From IMG/VR virus record IMGVR_UViG_3300032030_000078, positions 1,001-65,000 of that record: a stretch of DNA of 64,000 bases. The stretch is one strand, 5' to 3'. The notes under the pieces were generated by a model. The model was not told the DNA's origin. It saw only the letters and a program-made list of their open reading frames with translations, and ran no database searches. The position numbers were made by a program, and so were the translations under genes. Of this stretch, positions 1 through 11,424 are shown piece after piece; positions within the stretch are counted from its first letter, which is position 1, and each line of letters opens with the position of its first letter. This DNA comes from a virus.

Positions 1-492
1 ATTTTTTCTTGTTATATTAGCAAATGCAAAACTTCCATAATTACTTTCAGATGTATAAATAGTATTTGTGTCAATTATCTTTTCCACTATTGCAACATGT
101 CCAACACCATCTTTTCCACTTAATGTTCCTTTTTTCCAAACCACTATGCCACCTAATGTTGGTATTTCTGATATTTGTAAACCATATTCTTTTGCAACTT
201 CAATAAAATTCTCCGCATTAGTTATTAATTGGTATTCTATTTTATCTTTTCCAATGATTTCCGCAAATCTTCCATTTGCATAACCAACACAATTTGATAA
301 TACATTGCAATCTTTATCTAATGGATTACCTAAAATCGCATCGTTCCAGCCACCATTTACTGTTCTTATATAATACTTATTTCCTGCTTCTGGTTTAGTT
401 GTTCTTATTGGAAATACATTTTCAATAGTGCAATTATAAGCAATTTTCTCTAAGCAATCCGTATTAAAATTATCTTGTATTTGTTCTTTCAT
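1..492 (-). CDS. CHAP/amidase-like endolysin domain protein (runs off left edge)
   Basis: Open frame read by hand from ATG at 492 (MKEQIQDNFNTDCLEKIAYNCT...NCVGYANGRFAEI...GGIVVWKKGTLSGKDGVGHVAIVEK...), typical CHAP Cys...His motifs; missing from ORF track because no stop inside window. Confidence 0.7.
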   Translation of the reverse strand, partial: MKEQIQDNFNTDCLEKIAYNCTIENVFPIRTTKPEAGNKYYIRTVNGGWNDAILGNPLDKDCNVLSNCVGYANGRFAEIIGKDKIEYQLITNAENFIEVAKEYGLQISEIPTLGGIVVWKKGTLSGKDGVGHVAIVEKIIDTNTIYTSESNYGSFAFANITRKN

Positions 493-494
493 AA

Positions 495-773
495 TTAATC
501 ACCTTTGTTATTCAATCTTTTAAATAAGTCGTTTACAAAATTAGCACCCCTTGCAATAATAATTCCTGTGAAAACACTACCGACATAAGGAATTATCATA
601 GAGATTCCAACTATTGGAAATATATCAAGATTAGTTAATAAACATACTATAATTGATAAAATTAATACTCCAATTACATTGATATTAATTTTATCATTTT
701 CCCATATCATTTTTAAATTTTCCCATATTGCTTCAACTAATATTGCAATTATAATTAATTGTGCATATTCCAT
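495..773 (-). CDS. putative holin (small protein with several TM segments next to endolysin)
   Basis: 92 aa, hydrophobic segments, adjacent to endolysin. Confidence 0.65.
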   Translation of the reverse strand: MEYAQLIIIAILVEAIWENLKMIWENDKININVIGVLILSIIVCLLTNLDIFPIVGISMIIPYVGSVFTGIIIARGANFVNDLFKRLNNKGD

Positions 774-786
774 TTATTACACCCCC

Positions 787-1920
787 TTAATTTTCAATTT
801 TTGCATTTGGACTATAGATTACTTTTCCATTTTCTAACTTAACAAGCCCATTTTTCCAATCATCATAAGTTATAAATCCTATTTGCCCCAGTTCACTTTC
901 TGACATTGTATCTATTTCATCTGCTTCAAAATGTGGGATAGTTGTACAACGGCAATTTGAATGAAAAGGCGGATAATTTATTCCAACCTTAGCATTATTT
1001 ACATCATGTGCTATACCACTTACATCATAATCTAGGTTTTGACAATGTATACAAGTTCTACCTTTCTGCTCTAATGCAGACATTATCTCATATTTATCAA
1101 TTCCGCTTGCCTTATAACCTGCAATTGTTGAATCATTTAATATTTTATTATACTCTGTCCTTATTAACCTCACTATATTGTTATATGCCTTTTCATTAAC
1201 TCTTGGTCTTATGACTTCACTTGCAAGTTTCCTTGGATTATAACCTTCTGTCAACCCTCTTGGAATTTCCTGCTCTAATATTGTCATTAACTTTTCTGTA
1301 TTTGTCCATATTCTTTGACTGTAATTTGCTTCTAAATATTTTGTTGCTATTGCTTTTTCAATTACATTACTATTTAAACCACTAAAACTACTTGTAAAAC
1401 CTTCAAATTGTTGTATATCATAGATAGTTTTATAATAATTTTCTTCATAATCTTTGTATAACATATCATGTATTTGTGTATCAGTTTTGCCCGCCAATTT
1501 ATCTAGTTCAAATCTAATATTGGCTTGTAATTCATCTAATCGGCTTATTCTTGCTTTTCCATATAATATTCTGAACTTTTTTAATTGCTCGGGTGTAAAC
1601 TTTTCCTTTTCTCCCATTTTTAGCATTTCTTCTATATAATTTTTAAATTCTTTTAATTCTTTTCTCTTTAACAATTTTACTGCTTCATCATATGTCATAC
1701 CTTCTTTAGTTGCCCATTTACCATAAAAAGCATTTATTTCTTTTTCAATTTCTCTTACACATCTTTCATAATTTACTTTTAATTGTTTTGCAACTTGTAA
1801 AGCATCTTTCTCACCAGCCGTATAACTCAATTCTGCTCTGTCTGTCCAATATTTAACTTGCTTTTCATCTGGATTTTCCGCAACACCCTTTAATTCACTT
1901 TTATTTTCGTTTTTAGCCAT
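787..1920 (-). CDS. phage head morphogenesis protein (MuF/SPP1 gp7-like) with ARGT/HHxN-type C-terminus
   Basis: RLIRTEYNKILNDSTIAGYKASGIDKYEIMSALEQKGRTCIHCQNLDYDV...GINYPPFHSNCRCTT signature. Confidence 0.85.
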   Translation of the reverse strand: MAKNENKSELKGVAENPDEKQVKYWTDRAELSYTAGEKDALQVAKQLKVNYERCVREIEKEINAFYGKWATKEGMTYDEAVKLLKRKELKEFKNYIEEMLKMGEKEKFTPEQLKKFRILYGKARISRLDELQANIRFELDKLAGKTDTQIHDMLYKDYEENYYKTIYDIQQFEGFTSSFSGLNSNVIEKAIATKYLEANYSQRIWTNTEKLMTILEQEIPRGLTEGYNPRKLASEVIRPRVNEKAYNNIVRLIRTEYNKILNDSTIAGYKASGIDKYEIMSALEQKGRTCIHCQNLDYDVSGIAHDVNNAKVGINYPPFHSNCRCTTIPHFEADEIDTMSESELGQIGFITYDDWKNGLVKLENGKVIYSPNAKIEN

Positions 1921-1993
1921 ATTTACCCCCTAGACAATAACTTATATTACTTCATTATAAAATAGGCTTAAAATTGATTTTAGTACGTTGTTT

Positions 1994-2290
1994 TTATACC
2001 TTTTCGTAAGTTTTTTCAAAAATAGTTGGTTTACATGGATAAAATTCTCCGTCAATACCTTTTACTATATAATCTCCTTCGCTCGCTTCAATATCTCCTT
2101 CTAATGTATGAATAATTAACACGTCTTTTTCATATTTTGGTAAAATTAAGAAATCTTTTTGCATAAAATCTTTTATATCTTGCAAATTATCTCCTGTGTA
2201 TTGCATTGCCTCAATCTCCACTGGTAATTTTCTATATCTTGCCATTTTCTTCACCCCCTGCATTTTCGCTATTATTAACGGTTTGTTCAA
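1994..2290 (-). CDS. small conserved phage protein
   Basis: MARYRKLPVEIEAMQYTG...GDYIVKGIDGEFYPCKPTIFEKTYE, common in phages; true start probably the internal Met before ARYRK. Confidence 0.55.
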   Translation of the reverse strand: MNKPLIIAKMQGVKKMARYRKLPVEIEAMQYTGDNLQDIKDFMQKDFLILPKYEKDVLIIHTLEGDIEASEGDYIVKGIDGEFYPCKPTIFEKTYEKV

Positions 2291-3782
2291 ATTGATATAA
2301 TTCTGATTGTTCCTGCTCCCTTTTTAAATCTTCTTCCCTTCTTTGTTGTTCTTTTTCATGATTTTCAACATATGGATTCATCTCATCCCTTGTTTCTTGA
2401 CTTAACTCGTCTTTTAGTGTTGCTATATTATTAATTATATCAGTTTCATTTATCATCATATCTCTATCAAGTGAAAATGTAATTTGTTTTGCCTGTAATT
2501 CTTCAAAAGTTCCAAAACCACCAGCCCAACTCAACCATTTATCAAAAAAATATTTTAAATTCTTCATAAATATTCTAAATTGTGCTTCAAATCCATTACA
2601 CCATGTATTTAAACTTTCATAAAATGTTTTTAATGCTTGTCCGGATGGGTTTGTTCCCAGTTGTATAGTCGTTAAATCAACTGTATGTGTATTATCTTGT
2701 ATATCCTTTTTTATTATTTCTAATTGTTGGCTTATTGCGGTTATATCTGCATTTACTTTTTCAAAATGTGCATTTCCTCCTCTATCTACTGCAACAATTC
2801 TACTATTTTGAACTAGTTTTCTAGTTTTTGCTAATTCTCCCATTTCAGGGCTTACATCTTCGATAACTAAAACTGCATCTATATCATCTAATAAACTATC
2901 AATTGCTTTTGATTTCAACATATCATAATTGTCAATATCGGTCTTACATTCATTTAATAAAGGCAACTCATCTTCTGAACCCTTAAAAAATATAAATGGC
3001 ACTCTGTCCCAACTTACACCCTCGCCATTTTGCTTTTTCATGTGTGTTTGTTGGATTGTTAATCGTTCTTCTTCCCCTTCAGACAGTTCAAATTCTCCAT
3101 TTGTATCTGGAACTAAATCACCAGTTCCATTTCCCAAAGAATAATCAATATATTTTTCTACTATTTTCGTATCCCAAAATTCAACCTTATGTAAATCCTC
3201 AGATGTCATTTCCTTATTATATGATTTTACTATATAATCTCTAACAATAAAATCTAATTGAGTATGTGCTAAATCTTTCCATGCTGGATACATTGTTTCG
3301 GGCTCAGTTTCTACTAAATCCAATATTCCCTTTTCATTTATCCATGGATATACAAAACAAATTCCTTTATTTATAGCCTGTTTTCCTGCTCTTTGTATTG
3401 TCGCACATATATCATCAGTTAAAAAAGTTTCCCACTGTTCTTTATATTTATCATCATTACAACTTAGTACAAAAGGTTTTGCAAGTGCAAAATTATATTT
3501 TTGATTTACTGATTTTCTATATTGTGCCGTTTTACTTTTTGTATTTGTCATATTATCATTTTTTATCAATGTTCCTGTTTCAGGGTCTTTATAATCCCTC
3601 GTTTTTTCTTCAATTTTAGTATTTTGTACTTTATAATACATATCTGCCTGTTGCATATCTTCTATTATTTGACTTCCACGCCATTCTTGTAATATATTCT
3701 TTGTTATTTCCTTATTAGTTGCTCCTTGTGCATTATATTCTATCATAGCATTAATTAAATCCATTTGTGTTATATTTGGCAT
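2232..3782 (-). CDS. portal protein (SPP1-like)
   Basis: 516 aa intact ORF between TerL and MuF; SPP1 portal-like sequence. Confidence 0.85.
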   Translation of the reverse strand: MPNITQMDLINAMIEYNAQGATNKEITKNILQEWRGSQIIEDMQQADMYYKVQNTKIEEKTRDYKDPETGTLIKNDNMTNTKSKTAQYRKSVNQKYNFALAKPFVLSCNDDKYKEQWETFLTDDICATIQRAGKQAINKGICFVYPWINEKGILDLVETEPETMYPAWKDLAHTQLDFIVRDYIVKSYNKEMTSEDLHKVEFWDTKIVEKYIDYSLGNGTGDLVPDTNGEFELSEGEEERLTIQQTHMKKQNGEGVSWDRVPFIFFKGSEDELPLLNECKTDIDNYDMLKSKAIDSLLDDIDAVLVIEDVSPEMGELAKTRKLVQNSRIVAVDRGGNAHFEKVNADITAISQQLEIIKKDIQDNTHTVDLTTIQLGTNPSGQALKTFYESLNTWCNGFEAQFRIFMKNLKYFFDKWLSWAGGFGTFEELQAKQITFSLDRDMMINETDIINNIATLKDELSQETRDEMNPYVENHEKEQQRREEDLKREQEQSELYQFEQTVNNSENAGGEENGKI

Positions 3783-3796
3783 ATTATACCTCCTTA

Positions 3797-5256
3797 TTAT
3801 GCAAATCTCATACTATTTCCACTGTCTAATTCTTCTACTATGCTTGTTATATTATCCTCAGCATCGTCATGTTCATTTTTACCTTCTGCTTGATATTCAT
3901 TCATACTATTATAAAATTCCCTATATCTTACATTCCAATCCATAGGAAAATATATAATATTTTGTACCCCACTGGCATTACTTATTATTCTGGCTTCTTT
4001 ATTCAATGTTTGTGTATATGGCTTTATTATTGTTTTCGTCCCTCCTAATTGTTCGTAAAACCTCTTTACTGACCTAGCCCATGCGTAACCACCGTTATTA
4101 CTTTCTGGTCTAAATATAGATGGATTATATTGTAATAATCTTTTCGCAGCCTCCAGCTCCGTTATTTCTCCCCCATCTTGTGTATAATATATGTCTAATA
4201 TATAGGCTTTTTTATCTGCTGTTACTCCATATATACACATACTTAAGTAATCTCCTCCGTTGGTCTGCAACGTCTGCTCTGGCTCTTATTTCTCTAAATA
4301 CTATCTTTCCATCTGGATTATTTATTGTTTGTATATCTGCTGGATTATATATTAAGAAATTCTTATATAGTTTTCCTTGTATGTCTATTGGCTCTTGGTC
4401 GTAATTCGCTCTTACTATTGCTTCTCCACCATTTTCATAAGTGTGTAATAATAAATCATATTGTTCCTTGTTTAATTGTGAAGGATTTAACATTTTACCT
4501 GTTTCAGGATTATATGCTTTTTTACTAATTAATTTATACTTACGTCCCTGTTCATCTAACATCTGCATTAATCTTCCCGCTATATCTCCAGTAGCCCACC
4601 TTGTCATAACTATTATTAATTTTCGCTTGCCTTCTAAACGTTGATATAATGTATCCCTAAACCAATCTTCAAATAGTTTATTTAAATATTCTTTGTGATA
4701 CGCCTCATATTTATTCTTTATTGTATCATCTAATATGAGAAAGTCACAACCTATACCAGTTGAACCACTATTTGGAGATGTTGCAAGGTAATTTTCTTCT
4801 GCATTTCCCATTACACCCCAGTTGTCTATGCTTCCGCTACCTTGTTTGATTGTCACATCTGGAAATACATCGCTAAATACTATTCTCCCACTTGATGCCT
4901 TCTCTAATATCTTATTTCTTACTATCTTACTTGAACGCCTTGAAAGTTGTGTGTTATAACAACCGCTCCATTATCTTATATTTTGGATTTCTTCCTAATA
5001 ACCAATTTACCGCATTATTTACTGTCCTTGTTTTTCCATGTCTTGGTGGCATGTTTATTATTAAGGCTTCATTATCGTCATTTTCAAATTCTTGTATTGC
5101 CTCACATACTTCATATAAGTAAAAAGCAGTTTCTTCATTATAAAATTCTTCACTATCAACATATTTACAATAATCAAACAAATTTCTTTTTGCCAATTCT
5201 ATTTTCATGTACCTTTTTGCCTGTTCTCTTAATTCTGGTGTTAATGTTTCTATCAT
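3797..5256 (-). CDS. terL: terminase large subunit, decoded through two CGG +1 sites
   Basis: Track ORFs 4954-5256, 4212-4856 and 3797-4270 join by skipping C at CGG 4963-4965 and 4257-4259: ...INMPPRHGKTRTVNNAVNWLLGRNPKYKIME[G]CYNTQLSRRSSKIVRNKI... and ...REIRARADVADQ[G]GDYLSMCIYG...; length 1460 = 3n+2. Confidence 0.93.
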
Positions 5257-5673
5257 TTATTTATCCTCTTTCAATAACTTTCTTAATTCCTCTGTTGTCA
5301 TTCCTTCAAAAGGATTTATTTTTACATTGCTGTTTATATTTATCTCATTTGGTGTTTGTTCTCCTATCAATGCCATATATTCCTTATAAGCATTTACATT
5401 TCCTTTTACTGCTTCCTTCCATAAACCAACTCCTACTGCTGTTTTATTTGTTATATCTTCATCTGCAAATCCCAATTCTTGCATTCTCTTCTTTAACTGT
5501 TTTTCTTTCAATTTGCCATTACTGAAATTAATCATTATTTCACGCAATGCTTTTCTTTGCCTTCTTACCTCTACTGACTTTTTCCCACCTGCTGAACCTC
5601 GTTTCTTTGCTTCTTCATTGCTTAATGTCACTATTGGTTTTAAATTTTGTTCATTTGCCATCTTCCTTATCAC
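5257..5673 (-). CDS. terS: terminase small subunit-like protein
   Basis: Immediately upstream of terL; GGKKSVEVRRQRKALREIM...AAVGVGLWKEAVKGNVNAYKEYMALIGE. Confidence 0.6.
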   Translation of the reverse strand: MIRKMANEQNLKPIVTLSNEEAKKRGSAGGKKSVEVRRQRKALREIMINFSNGKLKEKQLKKRMQELGFADEDITNKTAVGVGLWKEAVKGNVNAYKEYMALIGEQTPNEININSNVKINPFEGMTTEELRKLLKEDK

Positions 5674-5689
5674 CTCTCTTTATGTAAAC

Positions 5690-6023
5690 TTATCTATTTT
5701 TTGCTTTATTAAATCTCTCTCTTGCACCTTTAACATTATATTGATTATCTGGACGTGTAAATAATTGATATATTTTATCTATATCTTTTTTAAAATCATT
5801 TAATTTATCATATGTGGAACCTGCTCGCATTCCTGTACTTAATTCTGTTACAGAATAACCTTCCTTACTATTTCCTTTTAATCCAAATTCCATACCCTTA
5901 TATGTAAATAATCTTCCTTTTACTTCTTCTATTACATCTTTTTTATTTCTTCTTGCAAGTATTTCAAAAGTACCTCTTTTTAGTTTTATATTTCCTGAAC
6001 TACTTGCTCCGTCTACCTCCCAT
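5690..6023 (-). CDS. MGGRGASSS-family small phage protein (one CGG +1 site)
   Basis: ATG GGA GGT AGA [C] GGA GCA AGT AGT TCA...; CGG at 6009-6011; without the skip the frame stops after 7 codons; 334 nt = 3n+1; N-terminus matches two downstream-coordinate paralogs. Confidence 0.85.
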
Positions 6024-6398
6024 TTATTTCTCCTTCCTATTTTTCCTTAATTGCCTATATTTTTCAACAAATCTTTTTGCTGCCTGAACGTCTGACCTAC
6101 TTGGGTCGCCTTTCGATATTTGTAATGCTTGTTCATAAGCAGTTGGTTTTCTTATTTTACCCTGTTTTATTAAATTATTATATTCTTTTCTTAATTCGGC
6201 TCTTTTTGTGTCATAAACTCTAGCATTTTCCTGTATTCTCTTTACATCTCTTGACCTCATTTTTTCCGATATTCTATTATTTGACATATGTAATCCTGCT
6301 TCTGAATATCCCATAAAAGGGTAACCCTTAGAACTTAAATATTCCTCTTCTGTCATTACTCTTTGTCTACTCGAGCTACTTGCTCCACGCCCTCCCAT
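6024..6398 (-). CDS. MGGRGASSS-family small phage protein
   Basis: MGGRGASSSSRQRVMTEEEYLSSKGYPF; same N-terminus as neighbours. Confidence 0.6.
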   Translation of the reverse strand: MGGRGASSSSRQRVMTEEEYLSSKGYPFMGYSEAGLHMSNNRISEKMRSRDVKRIQENARVYDTKRAELRKEYNNLIKQGKIRKPTAYEQALQISKGDPSRSDVQAAKRFVEKYRQLRKNRKEK

Positions 6399-6400
6399 AA

Positions 6401-6721
6401 TTATCTTCCTTTCGTCAAACGCAACACAAGCTCTTCACGTTCGCTTTTAGCCTCTTTATTTGATATACCTACTAAACTATTTGCCGAATATTTTCTTGTA
6501 TATTCATTGCCTGATATTGAGGATTTTGTTGTAACATTGTATGTTTTTCCACTTTTTGAGGATTCGATATTTACTACTCTTGAAGTTGAACCAAAATTAT
6601 ACATAATAATATCACCTTTTTTTAAATTCGCTACCTTTCTTGCATCTACTTCTCCTACACGTTCCAATTGAATTTTTCCATCGTATCCACGATTACTGGA
6701 ACTTGCTCCACGTCCACCCAT
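6401..6721 (-). CDS. MGGRGASSS-family small phage protein
   Basis: MGGRGASSSNRGYDG...; same N-terminus as neighbours. Confidence 0.6.
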   Translation of the reverse strand: MGGRGASSSNRGYDGKIQLERVGEVDARKVANLKKGDIIMYNFGSTSRVVNIESSKSGKTYNVTTKSSISGNEYTRKYSANSLVGISNKEAKSEREELVLRLTKGR

Positions 6722-7754
6722 TTATTTCACCTCTTTTAACATTCTTTCTGTTATTTTATTCTCATAATATCTTACATCTATATTTCCATAATCAAAATCT
6801 ATTTTACCACCATATACTAATATTGTCGATGGCTCTATTTCTTCTATCATTGCAGTTACACCATCTTGCCATATCTTTAACGCCTTTTTATTCTTTTTTA
6901 CACCTATTGTACTTATACTTACTATACTTCCCTTCGGTATTCCCTTGAATGCAAATTCAAAAGTTTCTTTTTCCGCCCAACTTATTGTTGGTATTACTTT
7001 TATACCTTGACTTTGGTAATATTGTCCTATTTGCCTACTTCTGTATATATTCCATATTTTCATAGGCATTGGCATATCCATATACAAACTAAAATCAGGG
7101 CTTAATATACATTCATATTGTTTTAATATTTCTATATAATCCTCAGGCTTATTCCACAATCTTTCAAATTGATAGTCATCTAAATAAAAATGTATTCCTA
7201 CATCCTTTTCTTTGCTTGTTTTAGCATAATTAAACCCAATTAAATCCGTCGGTATAAAATCATCATTCTGTATTATAGGCATTTGCCAAAAATCATTTGT
7301 ACTATTATCTATATCAACTAAATCTAAATTGTATTTATTATTTGTTTTTACACGCTGATTCTCTTTAAATAAATTATCAAACGCTTTATCTAAATCAAAT
7401 CCAAAATCTTGCATATCAAAATCAATTATACTTTCCAATTCAGAATAAAGCAACTCATCATCAAATCCTGTTGACATATTTAATTTATTATGTGCTAATG
7501 TATATGCTTTCTTTTGCTGTTCCGATAATCCTACAAGTCTTATTACTTCAATCTCTTTATAACCTAATTGCTTTAAAGCTTCATAACGCCCGATGCCCTT
7601 CTATAATTATATTATCTTCATCTATAGCTATAGGATCATTATAATTAAATTCTTGTATAGACTTCTTTATTTGTTCTATTTGTTTCTTCGGGTGTCTTTT
7701 CGCATTATTTTTATATTCTTTTATAGTGTCAATTAATATCATTTCTATCTGCAT
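6722..7754 (-). CDS. ParB/Srx-like nuclease-domain phage protein (one CGG +1 site)
   Basis: MQIEMILIDTIKEYKNNAKRHPKKQIEQIKKSIQEFNYNDPIAIDEDNIIIEGH[G]RYEALKQLGYKEIEVIRLVGLSEQQKKAYTLAHNKL; CGG 7590-7592; 1033 nt = 3n+1. Confidence 0.9.
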
Positions 7755-7757
7755 ATA

Positions 7758-8168
7758 TTATCGCTCCATCTCTTTGTATCTTTCTGGATTAGTTGGAAAT
7801 AATGGTATTTGTATACAATCATCAAAATCAAAATCTAATACAAATCCATTTATTTTTTCATCTTCTATTTTTGCAATCGCTATTTTATACTCTTGTAATT
7901 TAGCATTTACCTTATCTTGCACATCTTTTGGTTGACTATGTAACCATCTATGATTATACCACTTTAATAATACTCCATTTTCTTCAGTTTCCCTTCCACC
8001 TTTTGCTTTTGGTATTATATGATGATATGTTACAAGTTCATTTTCTTTTCTGTATCCCATTATAGTCTGACGTTCTTCTACAGGTATACATCTTATACCT
8101 GACTCCTCCATCATACACCTATTTCCATATTTCCTTATCATTTTATCTCTTATATTCTTATAACTCAC
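7758..8168 (-). CDS. HNH endonuclease
   Basis: YHHIIPKAKGGRETEENGVLLKWYNHRWLHSQPKD. Confidence 0.75.
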   Translation of the reverse strand: MSYKNIRDKMIRKYGNRCMMEESGIRCIPVEERQTIMGYRKENELVTYHHIIPKAKGGRETEENGVLLKWYNHRWLHSQPKDVQDKVNAKLQEYKIAIAKIEDEKINGFVLDFDFDDCIQIPLFPTNPERYKEMER

Positions 8169-8190
8169 TTGGCATTATCTCCTATCCCTC

Positions 8191-8580
8191 TTAAATTCCT
8201 AATATTTGATATGCTAATAATCTCCACCACTTTTCATGTTCATCTAAATCACAATCTTTTGTATGCGCTTTAAATAATCCTAATTTATACAATCTATTAT
8301 GTGCCTTCCATTCCTTAACCCAACTTGATATACTCCTCTTACTACAATAACCTGTTCTAAATTTAAAATCCTCTAAAGTTACTCGCATTAATATATCATC
8401 TTCAATAATATAAGAATCAATTATTTTTATGCTAATATTACTATATTGTATAGGTATATTTCTTATCATTATTTCTTGCATTTCACATTCTTTTACTAAA
8501 TTTATATTATCCCCTCCAATATATAACATGATAAACATACATATAATCAATATACATAATTTTTCCATAAAATCTCTCAA
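8191..8580 (-). CDS. hypothetical protein with N-terminal hydrophobic segment
   Basis: ORF only. Confidence 0.35.
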   Translation of the reverse strand: MRDFMEKLCILIICMFIMLYIGGDNINLVKECEMQEIMIRNIPIQYSNISIKIIDSYIIEDDILMRVTLEDFKFRTGYCSKRSISSWVKEWKAHNRLYKLGLFKAHTKDCDLDEHEKWWRLLAYQILGI

Positions 8581-8647
8581 AATAAAATATAGTATATATA
8601 TATTATATACTATATTTCAATAAAATATTATAAAAACCACATAATTT

Positions 8648-8920
8648 TTAAATGAATTTTCTAAAATACAAACCCTTCATATCATCTGTTTTTTCGATAT
8701 GTATATAACTATATTCTATATTATTTATAAATATTGTATATTTGGGTCTAAATGTATTTGAAAATATTATACAATCATATTTCTTTATTGATTTTAATAT
8801 TGCTTTCATTTTCTTTTTAAATTCTTTTTCTGTACCTACTACCGCGACATTTGGAGAAGATTTATTATAATGATTTATTAAATCATAAAAATTAATTAAA
8901 TCCTGTTTAGTTAATCTCAT
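8648..8920 (-). CDS. hypothetical protein
   Basis: ORF only. Confidence 0.35.
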   Translation of the reverse strand: MRLTKQDLINFYDLINHYNKSSPNVAVVGTEKEFKKKMKAILKSIKKYDCIIFSNTFRPKYTIFINNIEYSYIHIEKTDDMKGLYFRKFI

Positions 8921-9233
8921 TTTTATTTACCCCCATAGTAAATAAATAATTTTTCTCCTTCTTTATATATTTATTATAACATATTTTACCAAAACCTAAT
9001 TGTCTTGATTTATCATCTTTTAATTCTCGGTGACACCTTTTACAATATTTAACTTCGTCTTTTTCTTCCATCTATCTCATCCTTATTCTTTATCCAACAT
9101 GTATATGAACAATAAAATTTATTTTTTATTTTATATACCCATTGCGGTGTTGGATATATTATTTTATTACATTCTTTACAATGCTTTTCAGCTAATACTT
9201 TTATTTTTTGATTTCCCATAAGAATATCAACTC

Positions 9234-10158
9234 CTATAATATATTACACAATATGTAATCAATAGAATTTTCTTCATCTATTTTGCCTGTTTTAATTCCT
9301 TCTTCTGTTTTTTGTATTATTTTTAAAGTTCTTACTAATTCTCCTATTGTATAATATCCCGTTTTATCTTTATTAAAATATACTTCATTACTTTTTAGTC
9401 CTGTTGTTTTACATATATCATTTGATTTACAACTTTGTATTAATAGTATTATCTTAAAATTATTATATAATAAACTCAATAATTTTATATTACTTTCACC
9501 GTATTTGTTTTAATTGTTTTTGTAATTCATATACTTGTTTTATATCTCTTGTTATTACTTTTTCTATAAATAGAAATGTTATATCTGATATTTCTTTATG
9601 AAATGCTCCTTGCATATCTAGCACAACAAAATAACTATTATAATTGTGTTCGTTATATATATCATAATTTTTTATTTTATCTAACTCTAATAATATCTGA
9701 TTATAATTTGAATTACATATATCAATTAATTTTTTACAATTTTCTCCCGATAAATTAATTTCTTTTTGTATATATTTTATCAATACTCCATCAGATAATT
9801 TATTAAATTCTACAATTTTTGATTCAAATTCTTTATAAAATTTACTTCTTTTATCAAGACTATTGTATTTGAATATAATAATATTTCCGTTTGTGTTTAT
9901 TTCCTGCCAAACGTTCTCTTGTTTTAATATATCTAAATCATCTAATATTACATATAACTTTTTAATATCAAATAAGTTATTTACATTTAAACTATTATGT
10001 ATCTGTTTATATTCTTCTATATATTGTATTTCTAGATTTTTGACTTCTGCTATTTTATTTACATATATTTTTTGTATTGCTATTTCTTCTCCTAGAAATA
10101 CATATAGATTATTTAATTGTTTATCTATTATTTGTTTTTGTAATTCTTGTATATTCAT
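9234..10158 (-). CDS. holA: DNA polymerase III delta subunit-like clamp loader protein (one CGG +1 site)
   Basis: Track ORFs 9496-10158 and 9234-9479 join at CGG 9499-9501: ...VYELQKQLKQI[G]ESNIKLLSLLYNNFKIILLIQSCKSNDICKTTGLKS...; 925 nt = 3n+1. Confidence 0.85.
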
Positions 10159-10331
10159 AAATTAACCTCCATCACTGAAAGGCCTACTCATATCTCCATA
10201 AAAAGTAACTTCATTTTCTTTTTCTTCTATAGATAAATTAGCCCAACCTATACCATCTTTAAATTCTCTATGAACACACATTTTATTTTTATTTATTTTT
10301 TCTAACCTTTTTATCAAATCTTGAACAGTCA

Positions 10332-11186
10332 TTATTTCAACCATTCCTTTCTTATATCAAGCAACCATATATCAAATAAACTTGACTTATTTATTCCGTT
10401 TATATTTAATTTTTGTTTATATTTTTCTGTTATTCTTATACATTTACCTACTATATCTGCTTCTGCCCAATCATTCTCATCTGCTGGAATTGCCATTAAA
10501 TCGAATAGTTCTCCAATACATCTATAAATATACATATTCCAAAACATTTCTAAATCATAACCTTCTCCTATATCTTTTAAATCTATTTTTTCAGCTATCT
10601 TAAAACTATTTGCACTTTGTACTTTATATATATTGTTATATACTTTATCTACATAATCAAAAAATTCTTTTGGTTTATATTTTATCAATAAATCTATTTG
10701 ATATTTATTTTGAGCTGTATGACTTATTATTTTTCTATCATCTAAATCTGCTTTTTCAACAGGAACATCACTTAAAAAATCACATATATCCCTTTCTGTA
10801 TAACTTTCCATTTTTATTTCTTGACATCTACTTTTTATAGTATCTAATGTATTTTCTATTTGTTGTAATTCCATTATAAAATAAGCATTATTAGGTGGTT
10901 CTTCAACTAACTTTAATAAACTATTTTGTGCATTTATACTCATTTTATCTGCATTTTGTATTAAATATATTATTGGTTCTGTTTGCTTATAAGACATTTC
11001 TATCATTTCTCTTATTTCATCTATTTTTATTCCAAATTCTACTAATGGATAACCTAATTTTTTACTTATATATTTTGCCAATTCTGTTTTTCCTTGTCCT
11101 TTTTGCCCTGTTATAACTACAAATCTTGGAAATCCTTTTTCTATTAAATTATTTATTTGTTTTAATACTTCTTTTTGACCTATCAT
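10332..11186 (-). CDS. holB: clamp-loader AAA+ ATPase (delta-prime/HolB-like)
   Basis: ITGQKGQGKTELAKYISKKLG...YLIQNADKMSINAQNSLLKLVEEPPNNAYFIM...IKSRCQ. Confidence 0.75.
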   Translation of the reverse strand: MIGQKEVLKQINNLIEKGFPRFVVITGQKGQGKTELAKYISKKLGYPLVEFGIKIDEIREMIEMSYKQTEPIIYLIQNADKMSINAQNSLLKLVEEPPNNAYFIMELQQIENTLDTIKSRCQEIKMESYTERDICDFLSDVPVEKADLDDRKIISHTAQNKYQIDLLIKYKPKEFFDYVDKVYNNIYKVQSANSFKIAEKIDLKDIGEGYDLEMFWNMYIYRCIGELFDLMAIPADENDWAEADIVGKCIRITEKYKQKLNINGINKSSLFDIWLLDIRKEWLK

Positions 11187-11424
11187 TTATTTACTCTCCT
11201 TTATCTATTAATACTTTTAATTCATCTTCTATTTGCTTAATAGTATTATTTATCCTTTCTTGTTCCTCTTGTTCAGTTTCAAAATGAATTGTAAGAATTA
11301 AATTATTACCTTCATTATCAGTATCTAACAAAATTCTATTATCTTCTAAAGCATCACAAACTAATCTTATAATATGTAAACTAGATACTTCATATTTAAA
11401 TTCATTCTCACTATTATCCATAAT

